A DNA stretch of 62,974 bases, the filler included, from Octopus bimaculoides (lineage: Eukaryota), in NCBI RefSeq assembly GCF_001194135.2. It is 6 parts of 5 records of this genome, joined end to end, with 100 filler letters (N's around TTAATTAATTAA, not from the genome) between each part and the next. Parts side by side here need not be neighbours in the genome. Positions count along the whole stretch, not along the records: positions 23,348 to 53,249 come from NC_068992.1; positions 53,350 to 56,651 come from NC_068992.1; positions 56,752 to 61,756 come from NC_068984.1; positions 61,857 to 62,974 come from NW_026435573.1; 2 more parts are not named here. The stretch is one strand, 5' to 3'. How positions within the stretch are numbered: the first letter of the stretch is position 1; each line of letters begins with the position of its first letter. Below, one piece after another: positions 50,151 through 62,974 of the stretch. The translations under genes were made by a program, and so were the position numbers. Below the pieces are notes generated by a model. That model did not search any database. It had not been told where the DNA came from and worked only from the letters and a program-made list of their open reading frames with translations.

Positions 50151-51358
50151 TCTCTTTTGCCTTTTAGATAGATAAGTATATAGGCAGATACGTATATAGA
50201 TAGGTAGATATATAGATAAATAAGTAGGTATATAGATAGATAGGTAGGTATATAGATAAATAGATAGGTAGGTTTATAGATAGATAGATAGATAAAGATG
50301 TGTGTGTGTGTATGTGATTTTGCTAAAGACCGAACAGTGGGTAGGGGCATTAAACAAGTCTACGAGTAAGCCTATTTCCGAAGAACAGGTTACAGTGAGG
50401 GACATTGTCTTCATTATCTACTTACTAAAAATGACAATGATTTGTTACCGAAAGGTATGTAATTCTACGAGGGAATTCAGCCGTGTTTGGAACATATCGG
50501 AGTACGTTGATTCCCTTCTGTGGCACTTGCAGCCTCCTTATCCAAACCAAGGGAAACTATAGTACGTATGTTTGTATGCATGCATGCATGTATTTATGTA
50601 TTACATATATATTATATATGATAAACACACGCACACACACAGAGGCAATATTAAATAGCCGTCTATGTATGATACTTAGTGTATATACACAGTTGATAGG
50701 CCAGTTTCTGCGGTATTCGCCCAGAGATAACATCTCTTATGGACGTACCAAGCACAATTAATATCAGAGGGAAGCAAAAATTCGACCTAGCAGTGGCAGC
50801 GAGATCGCCAGGTGCATTTTAGCCTATTTGGGCCTCTTCAATGACGTACACTCGCAGTCAGTCACGCAGACACCCCACCACGACATAGCAGAACGCGCAT
50901 ACGCATAAACGTATTCTTACACACACACACATGTGCATGCACACACTTACTCTCTCCCACCCTTTCTCGAGTAGATTCCCACTTACATCCAAATACATAA
51001 ATATTGAACCTACAGCTAAAAGACAGACAGGTAGACCTGGAGTGAAGAGAGCTTGTTATTGAAGACGTCGCGAATGACACGAAGGGAATTTGGCAAAGAC
51101 AACTGATTGATTGGTTAAGTGAATGACTAATGAAACAATTGATTATTTAATTGTTTAATTAGCTGATCAATTGAATAATAGAGAAGCTAAATTGAACCAA
51201 TCCGTGTGTTTATTATGAGCATAATGACCCTCACGAAATACTACGAAATCAATTTTAGCTTATGAGTTAACATCAAGAATCTTGCAAACCAAATACAAAA
51301 ACGAAATATATCTGTGTGCTCGCGCGTGTGTGTGTGTGTATGTATGTATGCATGTATG

Positions 51359-51393
<35 letters not shown>

Positions 51394-51405
51394 CTCTCTC
51401 TCTAT

Positions 51406-51457
<52 letters not shown>

Positions 51458-52967
51458 ACGAGTGAACAAACGAAAGAAAGTGGCATTCAATGAATTTTGT
51501 AGGAATTACGTAGGTATTAAATGAGATATGTTCGTTCTGCAAACCTATGAAACTTTATGTCGTATAGAGTTGAGTCAAAGCATTATTAAATACACACACG
51601 CACACACACGCGCGCGCGCGTGCGCACACATACATTCGTGTAAAGTCATATTAAACACGTTCGAGTGGATTTACACGTGAAAAGAACTTCCGCTACAGAA
51701 ATAGTCCCGACAGAAAATTCTCCTCTTAGACATGTGTGAAAACACATTTTGGAGTGTGAATGACGTCAAGATCTGTCACTTACATCCCGATAAGAAGGAA
51801 ATTATTTCTATTAAAATAGTATGCGATAAATTTGTTGATTAACGTAAAGCTTAATCAAACTAGAATTAAATAAATAATGTCACACAAAGCAGCGTTCAAT
51901 AAAATATCTTTGTGTAAAATCATATTTGCCAAACATGATATATATATATATTCCAGACATAAAAACAGAATTAGAAACTTTACGTGGTACAATCTTCCAT
52001 TCACCTTAGCTGTAGTTATTTTAATAGCCAAATCCTTTCCTGTTTATTTAAAAAAATTCCACCCACTGTAAAAATTCCACATAATATTTAATATGAATAT
52101 TATTAAGTATATTACTCTACCACGTCTATTTTTGCACAAACCTTTGTTTTTCTAACCGATATACACTTTATGTTACTACTAAATACTAACAACGATAAAT
52201 CTTGATAGTAATAACAACTGCAATTGCTTCAAATGCTTAGATAGTAAATATAGTTTACTGGTATGTTACCATTAATAATTCAATGTACATATATAAGATT
52301 AACTTCCACCCTCTTCCTATTACGCTACAGCAGGAACACACATATTCAGAAATTCGACTACGGAAATGAAACTCCACTTTCTTAGTAAATATGGAAGTTA
52401 AAGGGAAAAAAAAAATTAACTATATACTCAAATAGCGCATAGTATCTAGAGCTGTCTTGCACTGGTAACAAGAGACCAGACAATTTATGTGTGGATCCTC
52501 TTTTTACGAATAGCAATATCCTAAATAAACACAGCGGAAGATATCGCCTTGTAAACATAAAGCCTCGAAAACTTAGCTCTACTATCTTATTTAAAAAAGA
52601 CCTATAACATACTCTACGCACTCTACCAACCATCTTTTCAAATTGATTTTGAATTCAAAATCCAATTCCTATGCACAGTTTACTTGGTATATTTTTTAAA
52701 GATTCTGGTTTGATTTTATTAGCATTTCAAACTCTAATCTCTTTACGTTTAAAAAATTAAGATATTGCTGAAACATATTCTAATTATACATTTCAACATA
52801 GAAACTTAGGACTATGTTTTGTAGATTACACCGACTTAATCTTTAATATTTCACTCTATGTAGCATTTTCCATCTCGTATTCTACTACTCACTGTATCCA
52901 CTCTCTTAAAAATGATTATTTGGCTATCGGAACATGTCTGGTTATAGGTGCACGCATGGCTATAGAC

Positions 52968-53135
52968 GTAAGCGTGGTTGTATGGTTAAAAAGCTCGCTT
53001 TGAAGCTTCGTGATTTCGAGTTCCGTTCCACTGCGCGACCCCTGAGGCAAGTGTCTTCAACTATTGCCGCGGGCCGACCAATGCCTTGTGTGTGAATTTT
53101 TTAGATGAAAACTGTGTAGAAATCTGTCGTCGTCG

Positions 53136-53171
<36 letters not shown>

Positions 53172-53249
53172 ACGCACGACTTTGCGCCTGCGCTCTGTTT
53201 GTCCACTACCGCTTGGAAACCGGCGTTGGTTTGCTTACATCCCCGTAGC
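52968..53249 (+). mobile_element. SINE family A, diverged, cut by a contig end
   Basis: Head and GGCAAGTGTCTTC motifs. Confidence 0.7.
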
Positions 53250-53349
53250 NNNNNNNNNNNNNNNNNNNNNNNNNNNNNNNNNNNNNNNNNNNNTTAATTA
53301 ATTAANNNNNNNNNNNNNNNNNNNNNNNNNNNNNNNNNNNNNNNNNNNN

Positions 53350-53412
<63 letters not shown>

Positions 53413-53456
53413 CACCCATCTATGTATGTATGTATGTATGTATGTATGTATGTATG

Positions 53457-53525
<69 letters not shown>

Positions 53526-53530
53526 GTCTA
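53350..53530. repeat. Compound tetranucleotide microsatellite (GTCT)(ATCT)(ATGT)(ATCT)
   Basis: Directly visible. Confidence 0.9.
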
Positions 53531-54272
53531 TGTGACTACCATCTTTGAAATAAATAAAAAATAAACTGCGTAAGAATAATTCTAAATGCAGTGTCCGTCC
53601 TGAACAAATGTAAACAAAGAAGGATCATGTCCAATCAAGTCTTCTCCATAGTGAAAATAGAGAATAAAGGCGGCGAGAATAATATAAAGACAGCTGTAGC
53701 CAAGACACTAACAGCATTATCAATCTATTGTTCATGTGGCCTCGTCATTCGTCGAGAATGGAGTGCATCATAACCTATCGGACAATTGTTCCACGTCACG
53801 TAGAGACAAACACGGTATCAGACGATAGAAATGAAGGTTTTCTTTGATTCTTTGTTTTAATATAAGAAACTAGAGCTTTGTCACGACAGTATACATTTAT
53901 AAAAGACTAACAAATTCGACTGAATTTTAGAGCATTATTCAATATGCATGTTTGTGTGTGAGTATTTCAGGAAATGAATAAAATGTTTCAAGGCTTGGTT
54001 CTATAGTTAAGCCATACGCTGCAAAATCTTGCGGTTCTGGGTTTGACCTCATTGCAAAACCGTGTCGCATGTGTGAATGTTTGTATGTATGTCATTATTT
54101 AGTTCATTTCAAGATTTCTTGCCAATAGAGAAAGAACCAGCTTCTAAACTAGATCCAATGCTCCTTCATTGGAAATTCAACTTAAACAACAGGGCATTTT
54201 TGTTCGTATTTAGTTATGTGCAGATTTGCATGTATGTATGTATATATGTATGTATGTAAGTATGTATGTATG

Positions 54273-54318
<46 letters not shown>

Positions 54319-55336
54319 TGTATGTGTGTATGCATGTATGTGTGTATGCATGTATGTGTATGCCTGCATGTATGTGTATGCCTGCATGTATTTATGTATG
54401 TATGTACGTATGTATGTTTGTGTGCATGTATGCATGTATGTATATACAATTTGGGACGTATTGACGGGAGGATTATATAATAAATATATTTGGTACTCTA
54501 TGTCAGTTTTATAATGTATGATTCCAGCATTTAAAATGTGTCCCATCATCATGGCCCACAATATATATGTATGTCTATGTGTGTAAATACTTATTTATTT
54601 GTGTACATATATACAAGCCTTCACACACATCTATATGTATACATGTATTCACACGCACGTATTCTTTTTACATGGAAAATGAATTCTAAGAACTAAAGTA
54701 AAACTTCGTTTGATGTGTTTTCGTCGGATTAAAAAGTGCATACGTGTCTTTGTTATAACTTTGGTTCATCTTGTTGGTCGAGCAATGTGGTTGCGAAGAT
54801 TTTTTTTTTGTATAGAATAGTATTTTAAAGCATACAAAATACCTTCCTTATAGGTAGTCTGATTTGGTGAGCAGAAATAATGTCTAGACCAACATACATT
54901 TAAACTGATATTAAGTTCATACAGTTATAGATGTTTTAGAGCAACGTGAGTGAATAATATAACCAAATGACATGTTAACCAAATATAATAACAAAACGTT
55001 AGTAACTTCTAGTTGATTTAGGTGTTAATACTTAAATTTTGAGACAACTATACAAATAGTAATAGTTGGTTTAGACAGAGAATTAGTAAAAAAACAAAAG
55101 AGATACCGGGTTTAGATGCATAGAGATAAAAATATTTATCGAATTAACTGTATCTTTACCTCTATCTCAATGTCTATGTTCATCTGGCTACGGCAAGAAA
55201 TGTGAAATTATCTCGACAACAAGGCGCCTATTTTATTCTTTTTTTTTCTTACTGTCGTTTACTAAATTTTGTGATAGTACCTTCTTATACTTCTACGTAG
55301 CATACACAGCTACACATGAGCGTGCGTGTGTGTGTG

Positions 55337-55403
<67 letters not shown>

Positions 55404-55746
55404 ATCATATGCATCTNNNNNNNNNNNNNNNNNNNNNNNNNNNNNNNNNNNNNNNNNNNNNNNNNNNNNNNNNNNNNNNNNNNNNNNNNNNNNNNNNNNN
55501 NNNNNNNNNNNNNNNNNNNNNNNNNNNNNNNNNNNNNNNNNNNNNNNNNNNNNNNNNNNNNNNNNNNNNNNNNNNNNNNNNNNNNNNNNNNNNNNNNNNN
55601 NNNNNNNNNNNNNNNNNNNNNNNNNNNNNNNNNNNNNNNNNNNNNNNNNNNNNNNNNNNNNNNNNNNNNNNNNNNNNNNNNNNNNNNNNNNNNNNNNNNN
55701 NNNNNNNNNNNNNNNNNNNNNNNNNNNNNNNNNNNNNNNNNNNNNN

Positions 55747-55900
55747 TCTTAAACATTCACTTGAACAAAACTGTACAAATCCAAATATATGGTACCCTAG
55801 GCATAACACCTACATGAACTTCTAACTTGTCTCTTGAGGTCTCTGGGTGAGACTTGGATCCAACTTGTACAAATGCAAAACAAAAGTCAAACAAACATAA

Positions 55901-55953
<53 letters not shown>

Positions 55954-55960
55954 TAATAAT
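55747..55960 (+). mobile_element. Dong/R4-like 3' UTR copy with (AAT)n tail
   Basis: Clearly similar to 56455-56610 (CATGAACTTCTAACTTGT...GAGGTCTCT). Confidence 0.75.
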
Positions 55961-55968
55961 AATAATAT

Positions 55969-56608
55969 AATTTGCAAAAACTTTGATTTGCCTTATGATA
56001 AAAACTGGTGGGAATACAAACCAGCTCCTGTGCTTGAAAATGGTCACATCTCACTCCTCTGGAACCTTACCATCAAACTGACAAAAAGAGAGATGCAAAT
56101 AGGCCAGACATCATATTGAAAGTCTTCAGATAAAAATCATTCTGCCTCATAGATTTGACAATCCCAATCGATATAAACGTATCTGTTAAGACCTACCAAA
56201 AACTGAGCAAGTATAAAAATCTTGAAATAGAACATTGCAAAATCTGGAACCTGAAGACTAAAACAATACCTGTTGCCATAGTAGCTCGAGGAATCATAGC
56301 AAAAGGGGCTGATTGCTACCTAGCTCAGATTCCAGGAAAACCCAGAATGGCAGAAATTCAAAACATAGTGCTCATGGGAACTGCCCATATCCTACGTAAA
56401 ATACTGTCTACGTAAACTCAAATTCTATAACAAACACATAATTTTCTTATGTTTTCTTAAACATTCTCTAGAACAATACTATGTACAAGACCAAATATAT
56501 GACACCCGAGGTATAACACCAACATGAACTTCTAACTTGTTGTCTCTTGAGGTCTCTCGGTGTGACTTGGAGCCAACTCGAACAAATGCAAAGCAAAATC
56601 ATACATAA

Positions 56609-56651
<43 letters not shown>
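55969..56651 (+). mobile_element. Dong/R4-like LINE 3' end (REL endonuclease, 3' UTR, (AAT)n)
   Basis: ICKNFDLPYDKNWWEYKP..LLW..ANRPDII..LIDLTIP..KLSKYKNLEIE..LMGTAHILRKILST*, then UTR and (AAT)n. Confidence 0.85.
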
Positions 56652-56751
56652 NNNNNNNNNNNNNNNNNNNNNNNNNNNNNNNNNNNNNNNNNNNNTTAAT
56701 TAATTAANNNNNNNNNNNNNNNNNNNNNNNNNNNNNNNNNNNNNNNNNNNN

Positions 56752-57700
56752 CAGTTGTTTCTGTGTCTGTTAGTTCCGTGACGGCCAGGTTTATGCTATT
56801 TATTATTGATGTTGTTTTATTGTCTATTTTGATTTTTGGAAGATATAATCTGTGGTCCATTCTAAGATCTGTGGTTTTCAGTTCTTTGATTATTCTCATT
56901 TTCATAGTATCATAATCATTAGGTTTCCTTTCGTTATTCCCAGGTTTTAGATTTGTTTCGCCTTCCTTTTCATTCATATGTTTGTCTGTGGTGTTCTGGA
57001 TTGGTGTTTTTTGTACATTATTATACATCTCTACAGTCTGAGTTTGTTGTTTTTGTTTACTTCGTTTTTGGCAGAAATGTTACGTTTGTCTTCGTGTTTT
57101 ACTATCTCAGTGTTTATATTATCATTTGGCATTGTTGTGTGGCTACTATCTAAATTTTCCTGATGTATTTTTCAATTGTTCTATTTCTATTTCTGATATT
57201 TTTTTTTTTGCTCTGAGAATATATCTTCGTATGTTAGCTAGCTTATTAGGGTTCATTGTCGTATCCAGGTCTTTATTTAGATTATTTGTCTTCCATATGT
57301 TGTATGTATGTGTTGTTGCGTTTTCGTTCTTTAGGTAGAGCACTGCTGTAAAATAAGCGTGTAAGATCGAAATGTATTCCTCACGTGTCCATTTATGCCG
57401 CTTTGGTTTTATTTGCGGGACATGAGGAACAACGTCCGGCCCTTTATTTTGACGGTCATCATTTTCGTAGGGTATCAATCCGTTCATTTCTGTTGTCAGA
57501 TTGTTTTGCACGTGCACCTCTTCGTACTTTTTGCGTAACAAGTTTAAAGTACGCACTTCCCGGTTGTTATTCTTGGGTGGAATAATACCTGTATTATTTA
57601 ATCTGTTTGTAATTTTTTTGTACATGGTGTTTGGGGCCGGAGATGGTCTGATGTTGATGTAACAAGCGTGTTTACGTTTGCTGTGCGAGTAGTGGAGATG
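56752..57700 (-). mobile_element. Probable 5' end of a third Dong/R4-like element (ORF N-terminus)
   Basis: ORF 57146-57625 contains RHKWTREEYISILHAYF...KLANIRRYIL...EIEIEQLK, resembling R4-clade N-termini as I recall them. It lies directly downstream of the (AAT)n tail of the 58050 element. Confidence 0.6.
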
Positions 57701-57920
57701 ATATCCAGTTAAAATACATCATTATATTTAGAAAAATAGAAATAAATTTCAATGAGTATTACTTACTCGGATATAGTCCAACCCTTTGTCAGCTATTTTT
57801 GGCTCCATGCGATGTCTTTATTTCCGATGTTTTTGGATAAATTTCGGAGCAGTGATTTATCGTTCTCACATGTTAAACGTCCCTGGTGTAATCTTTTCGT
57901 TAAACGTCCCCGGTGTAATC

Positions 57921-58001
<81 letters not shown>

Positions 58002-58049
58002 TTGTTGTTGTTGTTGTTGTTGTTGTTATCATTATTATTTTGGTTTGGC

Positions 58050-60380
58050 TCAGCTTTTTTCTTATTCATGGTAGGATGTATGTGGGTAGCGGGTTACTAT
58101 CTCTAACCTTAGGTATCCACAATTGTATAAATTGTCTTCCAAAATCTTAGAACCCTTCTGATAATCTTTGCTGTCCATCAGAGACAAACTTTGTGTAGGA
58201 GCTCTACCGGGCATTCTATTTCAATCTCCTTCAGCTATTTGTCTACATCTTGGCCTACTGTTCCCATCGCACCAATTATTATAGGCATGACCTTTACTGT
58301 TCTCACGCTCCAAATTCTTCCTGTTTCAAATTTTAAGGGATTGTATTTTCTCTGTTTTTGCTTCTTCTTTCTTTACGATCCTGGAATCAAACGGGCATGA
58401 TGGGTCGATTAGTAAGCAATTTCGCTTTTCCTTATCTATAATTGTTATATCTACTCTATTATTTTCTAACTTCTCCGTTTTAATAGGAAAGACCTACAAA
58501 ATATTACATTTCTCCGACTCTAGTACTCTTTCGACTCGATGACTGTACCATGTGTTTCCAGTTTCAAATCTCCATTTCTGGCACAGCTTCCAGTGTACAA
58601 CTTTTACAACCTGGTCGTGTCTCCATTTCTTATATCTTCTTGTGCCAACTTGGGTCATTCTTCCACAATGTGTACCACTGTATCGTTCCAAGTTCCACAG
58701 GCTCTACGTTTTTCTGACGCATTCCCTCCATATATATTTTTTCTCAAGTTGTTTATCTTTATCGCTTGATCTTAGGCTGCTACAATTATTAGATTCTCTG
58801 TTTCTTTTTTAATTTCCTCTTTTTAACTAAGCCCAGGATTTTGTTCCACGTACGTCTTCAACGGTTCTCCAAAGTTGGCCATGCAGAGGTTTCTCTTCGA
58901 TGTCTGACGTGTTCTCTTTGTATTTCATTCTTGACCTTTTCTCCTATTACGCGCTTCATCACCTGTTCTTCATTAACTGTTTTTAGTAGTTGTTCTGTGC
59001 TGTTCTGTAAATACTCTACTAGACTTCTTCCAATCTGTACACATTATTCTACTGCTATTACGCCTCTTTCACCCTGGTCTATCCTCAAGTACAGCCGGTT
59101 GATATCAGGTTCGGGTGGTGGGTTCCATACATTGTCAACAACTTCCTAGTTTTTCTGTCAAGTTCATTTATATCGTTTCTGGTCCAGTCTATAATTCCAA
59201 CTCCATATCTGATTAAGGGTACTGCTCTTGAATTTATTACTTCAATAAGATTTTTGGAATTCAGTTTTGATTGCAATAATTTTCTGACTCTCCTTGTGTA
59301 CTGCCTACTGGTAATTTGTTTCATTTCTTCATTTTTTAATCTTGTCTGCTTCCAATATTCCCAAGTACTTACACCACTGTTCTTTTTCAACCGGTCTCAT
59401 CGTTTGCCCATTTGGCATTTCAATTCTATGGCTTCTTTCAAATCTTCTTCGTTTCATTTTTAATATAGCGCACTTTTCTATCCCAAATTCCATACCTAAT
59501 CATTTGAGAAAATGCGTATAGTATCTACAAGATTTTTCAAGCTGTTTCTTATTTTTCACATAAACTTATATACCATCCACGAAAAGGAGATGATTTATCT
59601 GACCATTTCCTTTTCCCAAATCGTAAGCAATTTTAACTTTTCGTAATATCATAGTGAGCGTTGTTATGGCCAATACGAATAGTAAAGGAGATAAGCTATC
59701 ACCTTGGAATATTCCATGTCTGATGTTCACTTTTCCGAGTTTTTGTTTTCCTCCGATCAATTCAATATTCCAGTGTTTCATACTTTCGTTAAGCATTTTC
59801 TCCATGTTTTTTCCTATTCCAAACATGCTCATTGTTTTACTTATCCAATTATGTGGTACCGTGTCATATGCATTTTTGTAATCTAGCCATGTTACATTCA
59901 GTCCCGTCAATCTGCGTTTACTATTTCTAATTATCATCTTATCAACTAATAAGTGATCTTATGTTGCCCTACTTTCTTTTCTGCATTCTTTCTGTTCTTC
60001 TGGAAGTGGATTACTTTCCAGTTGGTTGTATAACTCTTCCGTTAAGACACCGGTCATAGGCTTCCACATTAGTGGTAAACAGGTTATAGGTCGAAAACTT
60101 GATGCTAAGTTCCCTTTCAAAAGATTCTTGAAGCATAACAGCGTTCATCCACTTCTCATCCAAACAGGGGCGTGACCTTACTGCAGGCAGTCATCCATTT
60201 GCGCAGCGATCCTTTCATGCAACTGTGTAATGTTCTTCTGCCAATAGCCTTCTACTCCATCTAGGCTTGGTCCTTTCCAATTTGCTATTTTTTAAAACTC
60301 CTGTCGTACTGTATATAGATTAATTTTGATGTCCTTTTGTTTTGGCACAATTGCAACTTGTCTTTCTACCTTTGTTAGCC
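58050..60380 (-). mobile_element. Dong/R4-like non-LTR retrotransposon, 5'-truncated and frameshifted (RT, CCHC region, REL endonuclease, 3' UTR)
   Basis: WKGPSLDG, FRPITCL, WLDYKNAYDTVPH, GIFQGDSLSPLLF, HLLFVDG, INSRAVPLIRYG...DRKTRKLLT, YKKWRHDQVVKVVHW. Followed by an (AAT)n tail at about 57925-58040. Confidence 0.85.
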
Positions 60381-61400
60381 ACTGGGGGTGTGCTTCTGGT
60401 CTACATCAGTTTGTTACAGGTCACATATTTGCCATGCAGAGGTGTTTATCTTCATCTATCAGCCAATTGTTCAAACGCATTTTGCTTTGCTATTGATCTC
60501 ACAGTCTTTACAACAAACGTTGCTGCACTTCCATCATGCTGTTCAACCTGGCTATAATGCATGAACTTACTAGAAACTTTTTTGCTCTACTTCATGTCAG
60601 AATGAAGCTTCTTACATCTCTCCTGGTTTTTAACAGTTTTAGCATCCAGTTGTTAGATGTTTCAAGATATTTTGCCAGTCCAACTGCAGTGGTGTTGTTA
60701 GAGATTTCAAATTGGATCAAACCTCGATCTCCTTGGGTTCTAGGAAGGTAAAGACAATCTGCGTCTGCTTTTGAGTGATGCATCTTATTGCAAGTCAGCA
60801 GCTTACGGATTTTCCTGTCAATCTTCTTTATTTCACTAATATTCCAGTCCAACACATTGAAAACGTAAAAACAACTGGGACTGCTAAGAAATTTGTGGCT
60901 ATTTGTAGCTATCCCCTTGTTACGTGCATTTAACTCGGATTTTAGGACTGCTCGAACTCTTCTCTAGCATTCCTTCTTGATCTTCTTTTTCATTTTTACA
61001 TGCTGAGTGCCAGAGGTATTTATTCCAAGGTATTTGTTTGTTCCTGTTCGAGTTCTTTTATGACTGTGTCAACATCTAACACCGCTGAATGTATTTTCAA
61101 TTTCCCTTTCTGGAAAGTGGCCTTGGCACATTCATCAAGACCAAATTCCCTCCCAATGTCATCACTGAATGCTTTCACAGTACGTAATAGGCCTTCAAAC
61201 TCATTATCGTCTTTGCCATAGAGTTTTAAGCCATCCATATAAAATAGATGACTTATTTTCTTGTCGCCAATTTTATACCCATACTCTGTTCTATTGAGTT
61301 CATTTGTAAGAGATATTAGGGCTCTGTAAAAAATTAGAGGTGAAAATGAGTCACTTTGAAAAATTCTACAGTTGATATTAATATTGTTTGGATTCAGTAC
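60380..61400 (-). mobile_element. Second Dong/R4-like LINE fragment (RT C-terminal half)
   Basis: IFQSDSFSPLIF, HLFYMDGLKLYGK, FSDDIGREFGLDECAK, LDWNISEIKKIDRKIRKLLT...LYLPRTQGDRGL, PLHGKY. Confidence 0.85.
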
Positions 61401-61863
61401 TTCTGTAAGAGACGACCGTGCGAACTCAAAAAAGGAGAAATGGTGACGAATGGAAAAACAGAGGACTCCTTTTATTTAAACGAGCCACACGGTCGAACAC
61501 AAAATATATATATCAAAGATGATATACATGATATGTTATGCAACGATAACATAGATGACCAGTAATGAAAGACCACAACCGTATAAGATGAATAACAGAT
61601 ATATTTATTGTAGCGTTAAAGATGTATGTCTGTGTGAGAGTGTGAATGCGACATATAAGAACATAATCAAAGACAGGCCGTCATACAAAGAAAAGTGTGT
61701 ATGTGAGTGATACATGTGTGTATGTGTATTATTACAGCAGATAGAAAGAGAGTCAANNNNNNNNNNNNNNNNNNNNNNNNNNNNNNNNNNNNNNNNNNNN
61801 TTAATTAATTAANNNNNNNNNNNNNNNNNNNNNNNNNNNNNNNNNNNNNNNNNNNNTAATAAT

Positions 61864-61899
<36 letters not shown>

Positions 61900-62284
61900 C
61901 ATACATGTATGTGTATACATGTATAGCCGTAGATCTCGCTATACTGAGAAACAATATTACGTATACAAGCAGATATTATTAAAGTAAACGCCTAAAGTAA
62001 AATACTCCAGATATGAAGGTCTCGTATTCTACATATTACTCGTTAGCGGAAAGAAAAGCGGAGGGTGAGACAGGGAAATTGCATAAATGTGTCCCGTATT
62101 TATAGCAGTTTCGTGTTACCTCGCCGCTATTTAAAATCGATTTCTGTTTCATGTTACAGCAGCACAGCTTAAAGAAACCACTCATTTCTCTGATTTCGCT
62201 AAAATGGTAAACAAAAAACAAAAACAAAATCCTTTTAATTCCGACTCATTATATATTTCTTAGGGCAATGCACAAGACTGAATG

Positions 62285-62735
62285 GCGGCAAACTAGCAGA
62301 AATGCTGGAGCAACTGACAAAATGCTTAGCGGTATTTCTTCTCGCCTCTTACGTCCTGAGTTCAAATCTCACCGATGTCAAACTTTTGCCTACCATCCTT
62401 CGGAGATCAATATAATAAACACTAATTGAGCACTGGGATCGATGTTATAGTCTAGCCCCTGACCCCAAGATTTCATGTCTGGTGCCTATAGTAGAAAGGA
62501 TATTTATGGCAATATACAAGCTGACAGAAGTGTTACCGCGCCGGACGAAATGCTTAACGGTATTTCTTCCGGCTCTTTACATTCTCAGTTCAACTGCCGC
62601 CTAGGTCGACTTTGCCTTTCCCCCATTCAGGCTCGTTAAAATAAGTACCAGCAGTACATTAGGGGTCGATGGTCTCGACTTGAGCCTTTCCTAAAAATTG
62701 CTGGCCTTGTGCGAAAATTAGAAAGAATTATTATG
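62285..62735 (+). mobile_element. Two tandem SINE family B copies
   Basis: About 62285-62500 and 62525-62735. Confidence 0.75.
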
Positions 62736-62875
62736 ACTTAATTGGTTGAACATTTAAACAATTTATCAATCGATCATTTGATTAATTGTTCCGTCAATCA
62801 ATCAATCAATCGGCTAGATTCGTCAAACACCTTCTCTCGTCATCAACTGGGACTTCGAAGTTCACGACAACGACG

Positions 62876-62974
62876 GTTCCAGATGATCCGATCAACGGAA
62901 CAGCCTGTTCTTGAAATTAACTCACAAGTGGCTGAGTACTCCACAGACATGCATACCCTTAACGTAGTTCTCAG
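62876..62974 (+). repeat. Dispersed repeat family C, second copy
   Basis: Homologous to 35295-35395. Confidence 0.75.

Noticed and set aside
50380-50462. Strong donor AAG/GTATGT with an open frame upstream
   Set aside because: No acceptable acceptor and the peptide is not recognised.

Overview
AT-rich eukaryotic (animal) DNA from a gapped draft assembly. The SINE, LINE and microsatellite landscape strongly resembles an octopus genome (inference from recalled repeat families, not a database hit). Five identical 100-nt spacers (N44-TTAATTAATTAA-N44) show the window is six separately assembled pieces joined artificially: 1-20450, 20551-23247, 23348-53249, 53350-56651, 56752-61756, 61857-62974. 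I recognise no host protein-coding gene, and nearly all supplied ORFs are microsatellite or N translations. Real coding remnants are all transposon-derived and broken: a maT/DD37D-like transposase, a mariner C-terminus, a Penelope-like GIY-YIG endonuclease, RTE LINE 3' ends, and a cluster of Dong/R4-like LINE pieces (RT plus restriction-like endonuclease) ending in (AAT)n. About 30 copies of several tRNA-derived SINE families and several MITEs are present. The most interesting signal, not visible in the ORF track, is five type-I hammerhead ribozyme-like motifs in four unrelated repeat families, all with the palindromic dimer-type stem III typical of Penelope-like elements. One forms the 3' part of a tRNA-headed SINE-like element, and two loci carry an inverted 5'-truncated copy of their own 3' end. 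No ribozyme activity, transcript or element classification has been tested. SINE boundaries are approximate to within about 10-20 nt.
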